Source: Thermoanaerobaculia bacterium
GTDB taxonomy: Bacteria; Acidobacteriota; Thermoanaerobaculia; Multivoradales; UBA5704
Direction: 5' to 3'
Assembly: GCA_035995205.1 (NCBI GenBank)
Contig: DASYKS010000002.1
Coordinates: forward strand, 51,026 to 115,025
Length of the DNA stretch: 64,000 bases
Shown: piece after piece, positions 1 through 9,595 of the stretch
Layout of the letters: every line of letters starts with the position of its first letter
Position numbering within the stretch: the stretch's first letter is position 1
Notes under the pieces: model-generated
What the model was told of the DNA's origin: nothing
Database searches by the model: none
The model's input: the letters and a program-made list of their open reading frames with translations, nothing else
Made by a program: the position numbers and the translations under genes

Positions 1-499
1 GATTCGGATCGGCTTCTCCAATGACCGCCAGGCCGAACTTGAGCTCCGGATCGCGCACCGAATGGCCGCCGAGCAGGGCCGCTCCCGCCTCGGCGAGCGC
101 ATCCGCCGCGCCGGCCAGAATGCCCGAGAGCGCTTCGGCCGGCACCTTCTTGGGAAAGCAGCAGAGATTGAGCGCAAACAACGGCCGGCCGCCCATCGCG
201 TAGACATCGGAAAGCGCGTTGGCCGCGGCGATGCGGCCGAAACGAAAGGGGTCGTCGCAGACCGGAGGGATGAAATCCGTCGTCGCAACCAATGCCCGGT
301 CTCCGAACAGAAAGACCCCCGCGTCGTCGGACGTCTCGGCGCCGACCAGCACGCGATCATCCGTGCCCTCTGCGCCTGGAGAGACGGATCGAAGAAGAGG
401 TCCGAGCAGGTCGGAGAGCTCGCCGGGATGCACTTTGGCCGCGCAACCGCCGGTGGTCGCGCAGCCCGTGAGGCGGAACTTTTCGAGAGCGCCGGCCAT
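1..499 (-). CDS. selD: selenide, water dikinase (selenophosphate synthetase), N-terminal part; the gene runs off the left edge
   Basis: Absent from the ORF track because there is no stop in the window. Reverse-strand translation from the ATG at 499-497 gives MAGALEKFRLTGCATTGGCAAKVHPGELSDLL...SDDAGVF...TTDFIPPVCDDPFRFGRIAAANALSDVYAMGGRP. It has the Gly-rich GGCxxK loop (Cys, not Sec) and the DVYAMGG motif typical of SelD. Confidence 0.8.
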   Translation of the reverse strand, partial: MAGALEKFRLTGCATTGGCAAKVHPGELSDLLGPLLRSVSPGAEGTDDRVLVGAETSDDAGVFLFGDRALVATTDFIPPVCDDPFRFGRIAAANALSDVYAMGGRPLFALNLCCFPKKVPAEALSGILAGAADALAEAGAALLGGHSVRDPELKFGLAVIGEADPN

Positions 500-501
500 C
501 C

Positions 502-810
502 TTACATCCGCCCGCGCTGGTCGACCAGGTCGTTCAGCTCCTGGCGGAGCGACTCCATCTTGTTGACCGCGTCGATCTTCGCCTGCTCGTCGGTCAAGTT
601 CGGCAGATCCGCGTTCAGCCGGTCGATCTCGGCCTTCTTGTCTTCGATCTTCCGATTGAGGTCGAGCTTGGCGCCGGTCGTGTCCGCCGCGCTCGCCGTT
701 TCCGGATCTCCTTTCGAGCCGGAGCCGACCGAGCTCAGCTTGTCGCAGCCGGAGAACGGAACCACGAGCAGGGCGAGAGCCGCGACGAACGGAAACGTAC
801 GCTTGAGCAT
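502..810 (-). CDS. small secreted coiled-coil lipoprotein, function unknown
   Basis: 102-aa ORF. It has a signal peptide with lipobox PFSG|C, and the rest is charged and heptad-like (KIEDKKAEIDRLNADL). Its stop lies 3 nt upstream of the selD start on the same strand. Confidence 0.6.
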   Translation of the reverse strand: MLKRTFPFVAALALLVVPFSGCDKLSSVGSGSKGDPETASAADTTGAKLDLNRKIEDKKAEIDRLNADLPNLTDEQAKIDAVNKMESLRQELNDLVDQRGRM

Positions 811-973
811 GGCGAGACCTCCGGTACGAGATTGACGGGCGAAGTGTCCAGACCGGGCGGAGAACGTGGTCGAAGACTAACATGGGGTCGCGGGGAACGT
901 TTCGCCCCGCGGCTCGGTTTAGACTGCCGATGGATTTGTCGTTTCCCGACCCTTCCCGCCGAGGAATCCCTAC

Positions 974-2305
974 ATGCGTTTGAACCGTTTTCGTCACCAC
1001 GCGATCTTTCTCGGGCTCGTCGGCTTGAGCGCGCTCCTGGTCGCGGGCGCCTGCCGGGGTCGGAGCCGCGCCTCGGCGGACACCGCGGCGCCGCCGGAGA
1101 TCGCGAAGGTCGAGACCCGCGACTTGGACGTCCGGGCCGAGGCGGCGGGGACGATCCAGCCGCTCAAGATCGTCGAGGTCAAATCGCGGGTCGCGGGCGA
1201 GCTGCAACGGCTGGCGGCCGATACGAATCAGATGGTGGCCCAGGGGGCGCTGCTCGCCGAGATCGACCCGCGCGACGTCAACAACGCGTTCGAGCAGGCC
1301 ACGGCGGATCTCGAAGTGGCGAAAGCCCGAGTACAGACCACCGCCGCGCAGGCGCGCCGGGCCGACCAGCTGTTCGCCCAGGGCGTGGTGGCGGCACAGG
1401 ATCGGGAGACCGCGGATCTCACCGCGACCAACGCCAAGGCCGACCTGCTCAAGGCGCAGACCAACCTCGATCTCGCCCGCCAGCGCTTAGGCGACGTCAA
1501 GATCCGCGCCCCGATTTCCGGCACGATCATCGAACGCACGGTCGAACAGGGGCAGATCGTGACCTCGGCGAGCGGCAATGTCTCGGGCGGCACGACCCTG
1601 GTCAAGATGGCAGATCTGTCGATCATGCAGGCGCGGGCGCTGGTCGACGAGGTCGACATCGGCCGCATGAGCCCGGGCCAGCCGGTCGAGGTCACGGTCG
1701 AGGCCTATCCCGGCCGCACCTTCCGCGGCACGGTGGAAAAGATCGAGCCGCTGGCCGTGGTCGACCAGAACATCACGATGTTTCCGGTGCTCGTCAACCT
1801 CACGAACCCCGAGGGCTTGCTCAAGCCGGGGATGAATGCGGAGGTCTCCGTCGCGATCGCCCAACGCCGCGGAGTGACCGCGGTGCCGAATTCCGCGGTT
1901 GTCGCGATCAAAGATTTGGTCTCGGTCGGCACGATGCTCGGGCTCGACGCCACGGCAATGCGCGGCAAGCTCGGTGCGATGCATGGCGGGCCGGGCGGCC
2001 GCGAAGGCGGGGATCACCGTTCGGGGCGCCGCCCGACGACGCCGACGAGCGACCGGGAAGAGGCCGGGCACCCTGGCTTCGTCTTCGTCCAGGGTATGGC
2101 GGGTCCCGAGGCGCGAGCGGTCCGGCTCGGCGTTTCGGACTGGGATTTCACCGAGGTCATCTCGGGCGTTGCCGCGGGCGATCCGGTCTATTTGATTTCA
2201 GTCGCCCGGATGCAACAGCAGCAGCAGCGGATGAGCGACCGGATGCGGCAGTCGACCGGGTTCGGCGGCGGCGCTCCCTCCGGCGGCGGTCGTCCTCCCG
2301 GGTGA
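974..2305 (+). CDS. efflux transporter periplasmic adaptor subunit (HlyD/MacA family)
   Basis: 443 aa. It has an N-terminal membrane anchor, a long coiled-coil hairpin (ADLEVAKARVQTTAAQARRADQL...ADLLKAQTNLDLARQRL), then the barrel motif IRAPISGTIIER typical of the MFP/HlyD family. Confidence 0.8.
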   Translation: MRLNRFRHHAIFLGLVGLSALLVAGACRGRSRASADTAAPPEIAKVETRDLDVRAEAAGTIQPLKIVEVKSRVAGELQRLAADTNQMVAQGALLAEIDPRDVNNAFEQATADLEVAKARVQTTAAQARRADQLFAQGVVAAQDRETADLTATNAKADLLKAQTNLDLARQRLGDVKIRAPISGTIIERTVEQGQIVTSASGNVSGGTTLVKMADLSIMQARALVDEVDIGRMSPGQPVEVTVEAYPGRTFRGTVEKIEPLAVVDQNITMFPVLVNLTNPEGLLKPGMNAEVSVAIAQRRGVTAVPNSAVVAIKDLVSVGTMLGLDATAMRGKLGAMHGGPGGREGGDHRSGRRPTTPTSDREEAGHPGFVFVQGMAGPEARAVRLGVSDWDFTEVISGVAAGDPVYLISVARMQQQQQRMSDRMRQSTGFGGGAPSGGGRPPG

Positions 2306-2315
2306 GGAGAGCGCC

Positions 2316-3524
<1,209 letters not shown>

Positions 3525-3542
3525 AGCCCTACGAGGGAAGCC

Positions 3543-4115
3543 CTACGATTGAAGCGAGGTGCGTCCGTGCTGCCCGTCGCCGCGCAGGCGGGCGAGCAGC
3601 GCCTGGCCCTCGGGCCACATGCCCAGGGCGCTCGCGGAATTGATGTGACCTAGTGGTCCCACCTCGACCAGCTCGCTGCCCCAGGCCTTGGCGAATTCGC
3701 GCGCCCGTTCGAGGGTCACGAATTCGTCGTCGCTGCTCGCGACCACGATGCTCCGAAATGGCAGCCGGCCCTTCGGCATCGGTTTGAAGCCGGTCGTGCC
3801 GGGAGGGTAGAGGTCGGACTCGACATCGCTCGGCGCGACCAAAAGGGCGCCACGAATCGGCGAGCTTCCCCCCTCCCGCTTCTGGGTGGCCCAATGGGCG
3901 ACGGTCGCGCAGCCCAGGCTGTGCGCGGCGAGCACCACACCAGTGCCGGCCTCGCGCACCGCCGCTTCGAGCGCCGCGGTCCAGGCGGAGCAGACGGGAG
4001 TGTCCCAGTCGGCTTGGATCACCCGGCGGTAGGTCGGAAACGCCGCTTCCCAATGACTCTGCCAATGATCGGGGCCGGAATTCCACAGGCCCGGAACGGT
4101 GAGTACTTCGGTCAT
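3543..4115 (-). CDS. RBBP9/YdeN-family alpha/beta serine hydrolase
   Basis: The internal ATG at 4115 gives 190 aa starting MTEVLTVPGLWNSGPDHWQSHWE, with a nucleophile elbow AHSLG. The upstream part of the 282-aa track ORF is low-complexity and overlaps another gene. Confidence 0.7.
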   Translation of the reverse strand: MTEVLTVPGLWNSGPDHWQSHWEAAFPTYRRVIQADWDTPVCSAWTAALEAAVREAGTGVVLAAHSLGCATVAHWATQKREGGSSPIRGALLVAPSDVESDLYPPGTTGFKPMPKGRLPFRSIVVASSDDEFVTLERAREFAKAWGSELVEVGPLGHINSASALGMWPEGQALLARLRGDGQHGRTSLQS

Positions 4116-4303
4116 GTCGTCACCGTCGGTCCGAGCGATCGCCAGGGGAAAAGAACCGCCGCGACCGGCAGCAGTAGGTGAACCGCGCCGCCGAACAGGA
4201 CGCCCCAAAAGAGCGCCGCGAGCCAGCCCGAGAACGCGAGCAGAGCAAGCGCCGCGCAGAGCGTCGGAGAGAGTTTGGAGAGCATCATGGAGCACCGTAT
4301 CAC
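4112..4303 (-). CDS. small two-helix membrane protein (hypothetical)
   Basis: 63-aa ORF with two hydrophobic helices (LCAALALLAFSGWLAALFWGVLFGGAVHLLLPVAAVLF). Its stop overlaps the hydrolase start in an ATGA coupling. Confidence 0.4.
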   Translation of the reverse strand: MIRCSMMLSKLSPTLCAALALLAFSGWLAALFWGVLFGGAVHLLLPVAAVLFPWRSLGPTVTT

Positions 4304-4329
4304 GGCCCGGCTTCGGGTATCGTTCGGCC

Positions 4330-5058
4330 GTGGCCGTGCTGTCGTTCCCCTCCCCTCGGGCTTCTCTGGAGGCGATCACCTTCGACGCCACCGGGACGCT
4401 CTTCCATTCTCCCCGGCTGGGCGAGATCTATTCCGAGATCCTCGGCCGCCACGGCATCGAGGTGGAGGCCGAAACCGCCCGCCGCCTGGTGCGCGAGGTC
4501 TGGCAGGAGCTCGCCTGTTTGGCCACCCCCGAGCAGGATCGATTCACTTCCCACCCGGAGGGTGCACGCGGCTGGTGGCTCCGTTTCGTCGAACGGTTCG
4601 CCGAGCGGTTGGAGGCGCCGCCCCCTTCCCGCTTTGCCGCCGCCGAGCTGTTCGCCCGGTTCGCCCGCGCGGACGCCTGGGAGGTGTATCCCGAGGTGCC
4701 GGTGGTGCTCGCCGAGCTGGGGAGCCGAGGGCTCCAGCTCGCGGTGATCTCGAATTGGGACGAGCGGCTGCCGGGGGTGCTTGCCGGGCTCGGCCTCGCC
4801 GATTCTTTCGCGGCGATCGTCACTTCCGGCGATGCCGGGGTCGAAAAGCCCGATCGGCGGATCTTCGAGCACGCCTTGGAGCTTTTGGGGACTCCGCCCG
4901 AACGGGCGCTCCACGTCGGCGACAGTCAGGTCGAAGATGTCGAAGGCGCTCAAGCCGCCGGCCTTTCTTTGGCACTCCGGCTCGACCGGACCGGGCGGAA
5001 AAGGGGAGATCTGCGCGATCTGACCGGGGTTCTCAAGAGGGTTTCGGCGGGCCGGTAA
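4330..5058 (+). CDS. HAD-superfamily hydrolase (subfamily IA); start uncertain (GTG 4330 or 4336)
   Basis: The C-terminal 240 aa of the track ORF 4099..5058 carry motif I (ITFDATGTL), motif II (AVISNWD) and motif III/IV (KPDRRIF...HVGDS). The upstream part of the track ORF is Arg/Pro junk antisense to the hydrolase. Confidence 0.7.
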   Translation: MAVLSFPSPRASLEAITFDATGTLFHSPRLGEIYSEILGRHGIEVEAETARRLVREVWQELACLATPEQDRFTSHPEGARGWWLRFVERFAERLEAPPPSRFAAAELFARFARADAWEVYPEVPVVLAELGSRGLQLAVISNWDERLPGVLAGLGLADSFAAIVTSGDAGVEKPDRRIFEHALELLGTPPERALHVGDSQVEDVEGAQAAGLSLALRLDRTGRKRGDLRDLTGVLKRVSAGR

Positions 5059-5083
5059 GGGGGAGTGCTACACTCCGGAGAAG

Positions 5084-5097
5084 CTATCTGGAGATAG
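5084..5097. promoter_or_regulatory. perfect 6+6 palindrome CTATCTggAGATAG upstream of the Rrf2 gene (candidate operator)
   Basis: Read directly from the sequence, 28 nt upstream of the Rrf2 start. Rrf2 regulators commonly autoregulate through palindromic operators. Confidence 0.25.
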
Positions 5098-5124
5098 GTG
5101 ATCGGATAGCTCATCGGACTCCGC

Positions 5125-5616
5125 ATGAAGATCTCGACCAAAGGCGAATACGGCATCCGAGCGATGCTCTACCTCGCGATGCACGCGGACGAGGGTGCCG
5201 TCACCAGCCGCGAGATCGCGGCGCACCAGGGGATTCCCGAGCCCTACCTGCGGCAGATCCTGGCGCTGCTGTCGAAAGATCGGTTGATCTACTCGAACCG
5301 CGGCCCGCAGGGCGGCCACGTCCTCGGCCGTCCGGCCAAGCAGATCTCGATCAAAGACATCATGGTCACGCTCGAAGGGCAGACCACCGCGATCGATCAG
5401 ATCTTGGCGCTCCCCTGCACGATCGAGCTGGGCACCGACCACTGCGTGATCCGCGAGGTCTTCCTGGAAGTGAAATCGGCGGTCGAACGCATCCTCGCCC
5501 GCACCACCCTCGAAGACCTGGTCGCGCGGCAGAACGAAATCCTCCGTTCGAACATCATGGTGCCGCACGACCTGGTCGCTAGAGTGCCGTCGCTGTTGCC
5601 GATTCTTTCCGATTGA
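5125..5616 (+). CDS. Rrf2-family transcriptional regulator
   Basis: 163 aa. MKISTKGEYGIRAMLYLA...REIAAHQGIPEPYLRQILALLSKDRLIYSNRGPQGG is the canonical Rrf2 winged helix-turn-helix. Confidence 0.9.
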   Translation: MKISTKGEYGIRAMLYLAMHADEGAVTSREIAAHQGIPEPYLRQILALLSKDRLIYSNRGPQGGHVLGRPAKQISIKDIMVTLEGQTTAIDQILALPCTIELGTDHCVIREVFLEVKSAVERILARTTLEDLVARQNEILRSNIMVPHDLVARVPSLLPILSD

Positions 5617-5636
5617 CAACTGGTCCGACTGAAAAG

Positions 5637-6200
5637 CTACTTCGACCAGGGCGGTACGACGCCGTTCATCCGGGCGTAGGCGATCGATTGGCCGAGGTGC
5701 TCGTGGCTGTGGCTGATCACGGCCAACACGATGGCGCGCTTGGTCATCTGGCGGCCGAAGAAATCGACTTTGGTTTCGAGATCGGCGGCTGAGAGCGCCG
5801 CGATCACTTTCTTGACGTGGACGTAGGAGGCCTTCATTGCATCGGTCGCCTTCGCCTTGTCGGTGGTCGAGGATTCGAGATTCTTGGCATCGACCTCTTT
5901 GGGAATCGGCGCGCCGAGGAAGGTTCCAAGGAAGTAGTTGCCGCCCGCCACGTGCAGGGTGACCTCGGCGTAGGAGCGCACCCCTTCGGCCGGCCGCCAA
6001 GCCCATTTTTCGGTCGGGACGGCTCCGGCGAGCTGCACCAGCTCGTCTTCGGCGTGGTCGAGGTTCGTGGCGACGTCGGCGAGGAATGCCGCGGTCGCCG
6101 GGGCATCGTCCGCCCGGGCCGGAGCGGGGGCGAGCGAAGCGGCTGCAGTGGTAAAGGCGGCGAGCGCCAGAGCGAGAAGGGGCAGGCGGGAACGGTTCAT
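5637..6200 (-). CDS. secreted DinB-family protein
   Basis: 187 aa. It has a signal peptide and a four-helix DinB pattern ending HSHEHLGQSIAYARMNG. Confidence 0.65.
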   Translation of the reverse strand: MNRSRLPLLALALAAFTTAAASLAPAPARADDAPATAAFLADVATNLDHAEDELVQLAGAVPTEKWAWRPAEGVRSYAEVTLHVAGGNYFLGTFLGAPIPKEVDAKNLESSTTDKAKATDAMKASYVHVKKVIAALSAADLETKVDFFGRQMTKRAIVLAVISHSHEHLGQSIAYARMNGVVPPWSK

Positions 6201-7642
6201 CGGGGTTCTCCTTCGGGAAACAGGTGGGCGATCGAGTTGGCGTAGTAGGCGAGCGTCGCCCGTTCGGACTCGACCGGCAGATAGAGGCCCTCGCGGGCGG
6301 CGATCAGGTGGCGCTGTTCAAGCATTCGAAGACCGAACGATATCGCGTAATCACGGTCGCTTCGCGGTACGTAGACCCGCGCCCCGACCGACTCCAGCGT
6401 GGCGATCTGTTCGTGGATCTCCGCTTTGAGATCGAATTCCGAAAGCCCCTCCGGATGCTTGAGGAGGGCGGTCGAGACCAGCGAAACCGGCAGCGCCGGA
6501 ACGACCTTGCCGATCTCGGTCATCAGCTCACGCGCCAGCTCCTCGATTCGCGGAATCCGTTCCTCGCGGGAAAGCTTTCGCGGATCGAAACCTTTCCGGG
6601 CGAGATAATCGCGGGTCGAAAACGGCGAGCCAAAGTTGACGCAGGCATAGCCGAACCGGTGCCACCGCCGAAGCGCCATCTGCCACAGGTTGCGCCCGAC
6701 GAAACCGGAGGTGGTGGAAAGGGCGCCGAAGCCCCGCGCACGCGGTTTGGCGGTTGGAGGGGCGGCCTCGGCCGGGTCACGAACGTCGAGCAGGAGGGTT
6801 CGATCTTCGAGCGTCCGGTCGTAGTTCAGGCCCACGGGCACGAACACCAGGTCGCGCTCCCCTTCCGGGTCGAAGGTGCGCAGCATGTAGTCGAGAATCC
6901 CGATCTTCGGCGGCCGAAGCTTCCCGTCGCGCGACAGACCCCCTTCGGGAAAAACCGCCTGCGGCACTCCGCCGTGGGTCGCCATCTGGATGTAGCGCTC
7001 CAGCACCCGGCGGTAGAGGGGATCGCGCGAATTGCGGCGGACGAAATAGGCGCCCATCGAGCGGATCAACTGTTGGAGCGGCCAGATCCGCGCCCACTCG
7101 CCGACCGCGTAGGAGAGCGCGATCCGCTCCGCCACCAGGTACGAGACCAAAACGTAATCCATGTTGCTGCGGTGGTTCATCAGGAAGACCACCGTCGCGT
7201 TCGGCGGAATTTGCGCCAGCCCCACCTCGTCCGAGCTGCCCAGGCGCACGCGGTAGAGCAGCCGCGCGGCACCCCGGGCGATCCAATACCCGATGCGGAA
7301 ATAGGCGTAGGCGTTGAATGACGGAACGATCTCGTGGGCGTAGCGCTCGACCTTGGCGACCGCCACCTCGCGCGGCATTCCTTCTTCCCGGGCGTAGGCT
7401 TCGATCGCCTGGACGACCGCCGGATCGTAGAGCAGACGGTCGAGCAGCACCTGGCGCTTGGTCAGCTGGAATTGCGGGATCGCGATCCGCAGTCGCTCGT
7501 TGACCTCCTCGATCGCCTGGTTGACCCGGCGCCGCAGGAACCAGCGCACGCTCGGCACCAGCAATCGTTCGAGCGCCCACCAGACGGCGAGCACGACAAG
7601 CACGACGACCTGCCAAAGCGGGAGCGTGACGCTAGAGGTCAA
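6197..7642 (-). CDS. PlsB-like glycerol-3-phosphate / lysophospholipid acyltransferase
   Basis: 481 aa. Acyltransferase motifs: block I NHRSNMDY (HX4D), block III FPEGGLSRDG, and GAYFVRR. It has an N-terminal TM helix. An ATGA overlap couples it to the downstream DinB gene. Confidence 0.75.
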   Translation of the reverse strand: MTSSVTLPLWQVVVLVVLAVWWALERLLVPSVRWFLRRRVNQAIEEVNERLRIAIPQFQLTKRQVLLDRLLYDPAVVQAIEAYAREEGMPREVAVAKVERYAHEIVPSFNAYAYFRIGYWIARGAARLLYRVRLGSSDEVGLAQIPPNATVVFLMNHRSNMDYVLVSYLVAERIALSYAVGEWARIWPLQQLIRSMGAYFVRRNSRDPLYRRVLERYIQMATHGGVPQAVFPEGGLSRDGKLRPPKIGILDYMLRTFDPEGERDLVFVPVGLNYDRTLEDRTLLLDVRDPAEAAPPTAKPRARGFGALSTTSGFVGRNLWQMALRRWHRFGYACVNFGSPFSTRDYLARKGFDPRKLSREERIPRIEELARELMTEIGKVVPALPVSLVSTALLKHPEGLSEFDLKAEIHEQIATLESVGARVYVPRSDRDYAISFGLRMLEQRHLIAAREGLYLPVESERATLAYYANSIAHLFPEGEPR

Positions 7643-7692
7643 GCGATTCCTTTCGAGGAGAACTGGAAGACGATGATAGCGCGCCGGCCCCT

Positions 7693-7747
7693 CCTGGGTG
7701 CGCGGGCCTCCGGCCCGCCTTTGCGGGCGAGACGCCCGCGTACCCAG
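7693..7747. repeat. REP-like nested palindromic element, copy 1
   Basis: CCTGGGTGCGCGGGCCTCCGGCCCGCctttGCGGGCGAGACGCCCGCGTACCCAG. The outer 14-bp stem encloses an inner GCCCGC/GCGGGC hairpin. It is nearly identical to 51433-51487 and lies just 3' of the sulfatase-like gene stop. Confidence 0.8.
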
Positions 7748-7750
7748 AGA

Positions 7751-9550
7751 TCAAAGATAACCGAGCGCTTCGAGCGCCTTCCTCTCCTCCGCGCCGAGCG
7801 GTGCCGAAGCCGTGAAGCGCCTTCTTTCGGCGAGATGCTCGGCGCGCAGCAGCGACCGCAGGTAGCCGGCCCGCACGGGGTTTTCGGCCGCGAGGTTGCG
7901 CGTCTCTTGCCCGTCCGCCGCGAGATCGAACAGCTTGGCCGCGTGGGAGAACTTGCGGCTCCAGGGCTCGATCAGGTGCCAATTCCCAAGCTCGATGCTG
8001 CCCCCCTGGCGCCCTTCATAGTCGAGGTGAGAAAACCTCGGCCCCTCTCTCGTCTCCGGCCCGAGCCGATCGACCCCGCGCAAGCCGGCTCCGGCGGGAA
8101 TGCCGAGCGCCGCGAGAACCGTGGGCATCACGTCGAGATGCGCCGCGGGCGTCGCGATCCTTCGCCCGGCCGTCGCTCCGGGAAGGCGGACGATCCAGGG
8201 CACGTCGAGCACCTCGTGATAAAGCGTCTTGCCGTGTCCGAGCCCGCCGTGCTCGCCGAATTCCTCGCCATGGTCGGAGATCACGACGACCAGCGTCTCG
8301 GCGAGCCGGCCGCGCCGCTCCAGCTCGTCGAGCAGAATGCCAAAGCTGCGATCGATGCCCGCGATCTCGGCGTCGTAAAGCGGCGACATTTGCGCCACGA
8401 GCCCGCGGGCTTCGGGGCGATGCCGGTCGAGCGCCCGATAGATTTCCTCGACCTTGGCGAGGCTGCCGGAGCCGGAGGGGACGTTTCCGGCGAACCGACC
8501 GCGAAGATCTTCCGGGGGCTCGTACGGAGCGTGGGGGTCGATCGCGTGAACGTAGAGGAAGAACGGAGCCGGGCCGCGATCCGGTGCCGAAACCGATTCG
8601 TCGAGCCAGGCGAGCGCCCTACCCCCTAGCGCATCGCCGCGCGCCAATTCATCGAGAAACTCGAAGTGGTCGAACCCCTGGGCGAAGCCGGACGCCGCCG
8701 TAATATGGGCGTTCGCGCTGAACCCCCCGGTCCGATAGCCCCCTTCTTGAAGCACCTCGGCGAGCGTTCGCGCCGCCGGAGGCAAACGGCGGTCGAGGCG
8801 ATTCGCTCCATGCACGGCAGGCGGCAACCCGGTGAGGATCGTCGCGGTCGCGGGTCGGGTCCAGGACGAGGCGGCCGTCGTCCGCTCGAACACGATGCCC
8901 TGCCCGGCGAGAGCGTCGATTCGAGGGGTGAGTCCCCGCGTCGAACCATAGGCGCCCACCCGATCGGCGCGTAGCGTGTCGATCAAGAAGAGCAGGACGT
9001 TCGGCCGCTTCGCAGAAGGCGATTTCGGGGCCGCGGGTTTCGGAGGGGAGGGGTGCAGAGGGTCGATCGAACGCACCACCGGTCGCCGCACGATTGCCCA
9101 AGCCGTCGCGTCCCCTGTGGCGCGAAACGTCCAGCGCACCAGCCGCTCGCCATCCCCGGGAATCTCCCAAGCCCCGCCCTTCGCTCCCGGTTCGAGCCGT
9201 GCGAGCACCGTCTCCGACCCGCCTTCGACCTGCACCAGAATCTCGACCCGCGGCGCGCCGCCGCGCGAGGCGACTCCCTCGATTCCGATCGCCGTCCGCC
9301 CGTGGACCTCCAGATAGCCGTCGATCCGCGCGCCGCCCGCGATCGCGATCCCTTCCGCCACCCTCATCGCAAGGTTCCGGTCGACCGGCCCCGGCGGGCG
9401 CGGTGGTCCGGCAGGCTCGGCCTCCCGCCGTGCCTCGGACAACGGCAGCTCGGCCGCCAAGTCGCGCGCCACTGGCCAATCGCGAGGGGCGGGTCCGCAG
9501 GCGGCGAGCAGGAGGGCCGCGATGAGCGGGCCGAGAGGGCGAAAATGCAC
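7751..9550 (-). CDS. alkaline-phosphatase-superfamily (sulfatase-like) lipoprotein with a roughly 180-aa N-terminal extra domain
   Basis: 599 aa. Lipobox LLAAC. Metal-site motif LFLIDTLRADR, then SSWTRPATATILTG, and further on ISDHGEEFGEHGGLGHG. Confidence 0.75.
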   Translation of the reverse strand: MHFRPLGPLIAALLLAACGPAPRDWPVARDLAAELPLSEARREAEPAGPPRPPGPVDRNLAMRVAEGIAIAGGARIDGYLEVHGRTAIGIEGVASRGGAPRVEILVQVEGGSETVLARLEPGAKGGAWEIPGDGERLVRWTFRATGDATAWAIVRRPVVRSIDPLHPSPPKPAAPKSPSAKRPNVLLFLIDTLRADRVGAYGSTRGLTPRIDALAGQGIVFERTTAASSWTRPATATILTGLPPAVHGANRLDRRLPPAARTLAEVLQEGGYRTGGFSANAHITAASGFAQGFDHFEFLDELARGDALGGRALAWLDESVSAPDRGPAPFFLYVHAIDPHAPYEPPEDLRGRFAGNVPSGSGSLAKVEEIYRALDRHRPEARGLVAQMSPLYDAEIAGIDRSFGILLDELERRGRLAETLVVVISDHGEEFGEHGGLGHGKTLYHEVLDVPWIVRLPGATAGRRIATPAAHLDVMPTVLAALGIPAGAGLRGVDRLGPETREGPRFSHLDYEGRQGGSIELGNWHLIEPWSRKFSHAAKLFDLAADGQETRNLAAENPVRAGYLRSLLRAEHLAERRRFTASAPLGAEERKALEALGYL

Positions 9551-9595
9551 GGGGGGATCTTAGTGGCAAGCCGAGGCCATACAATCCCCCCGTCC

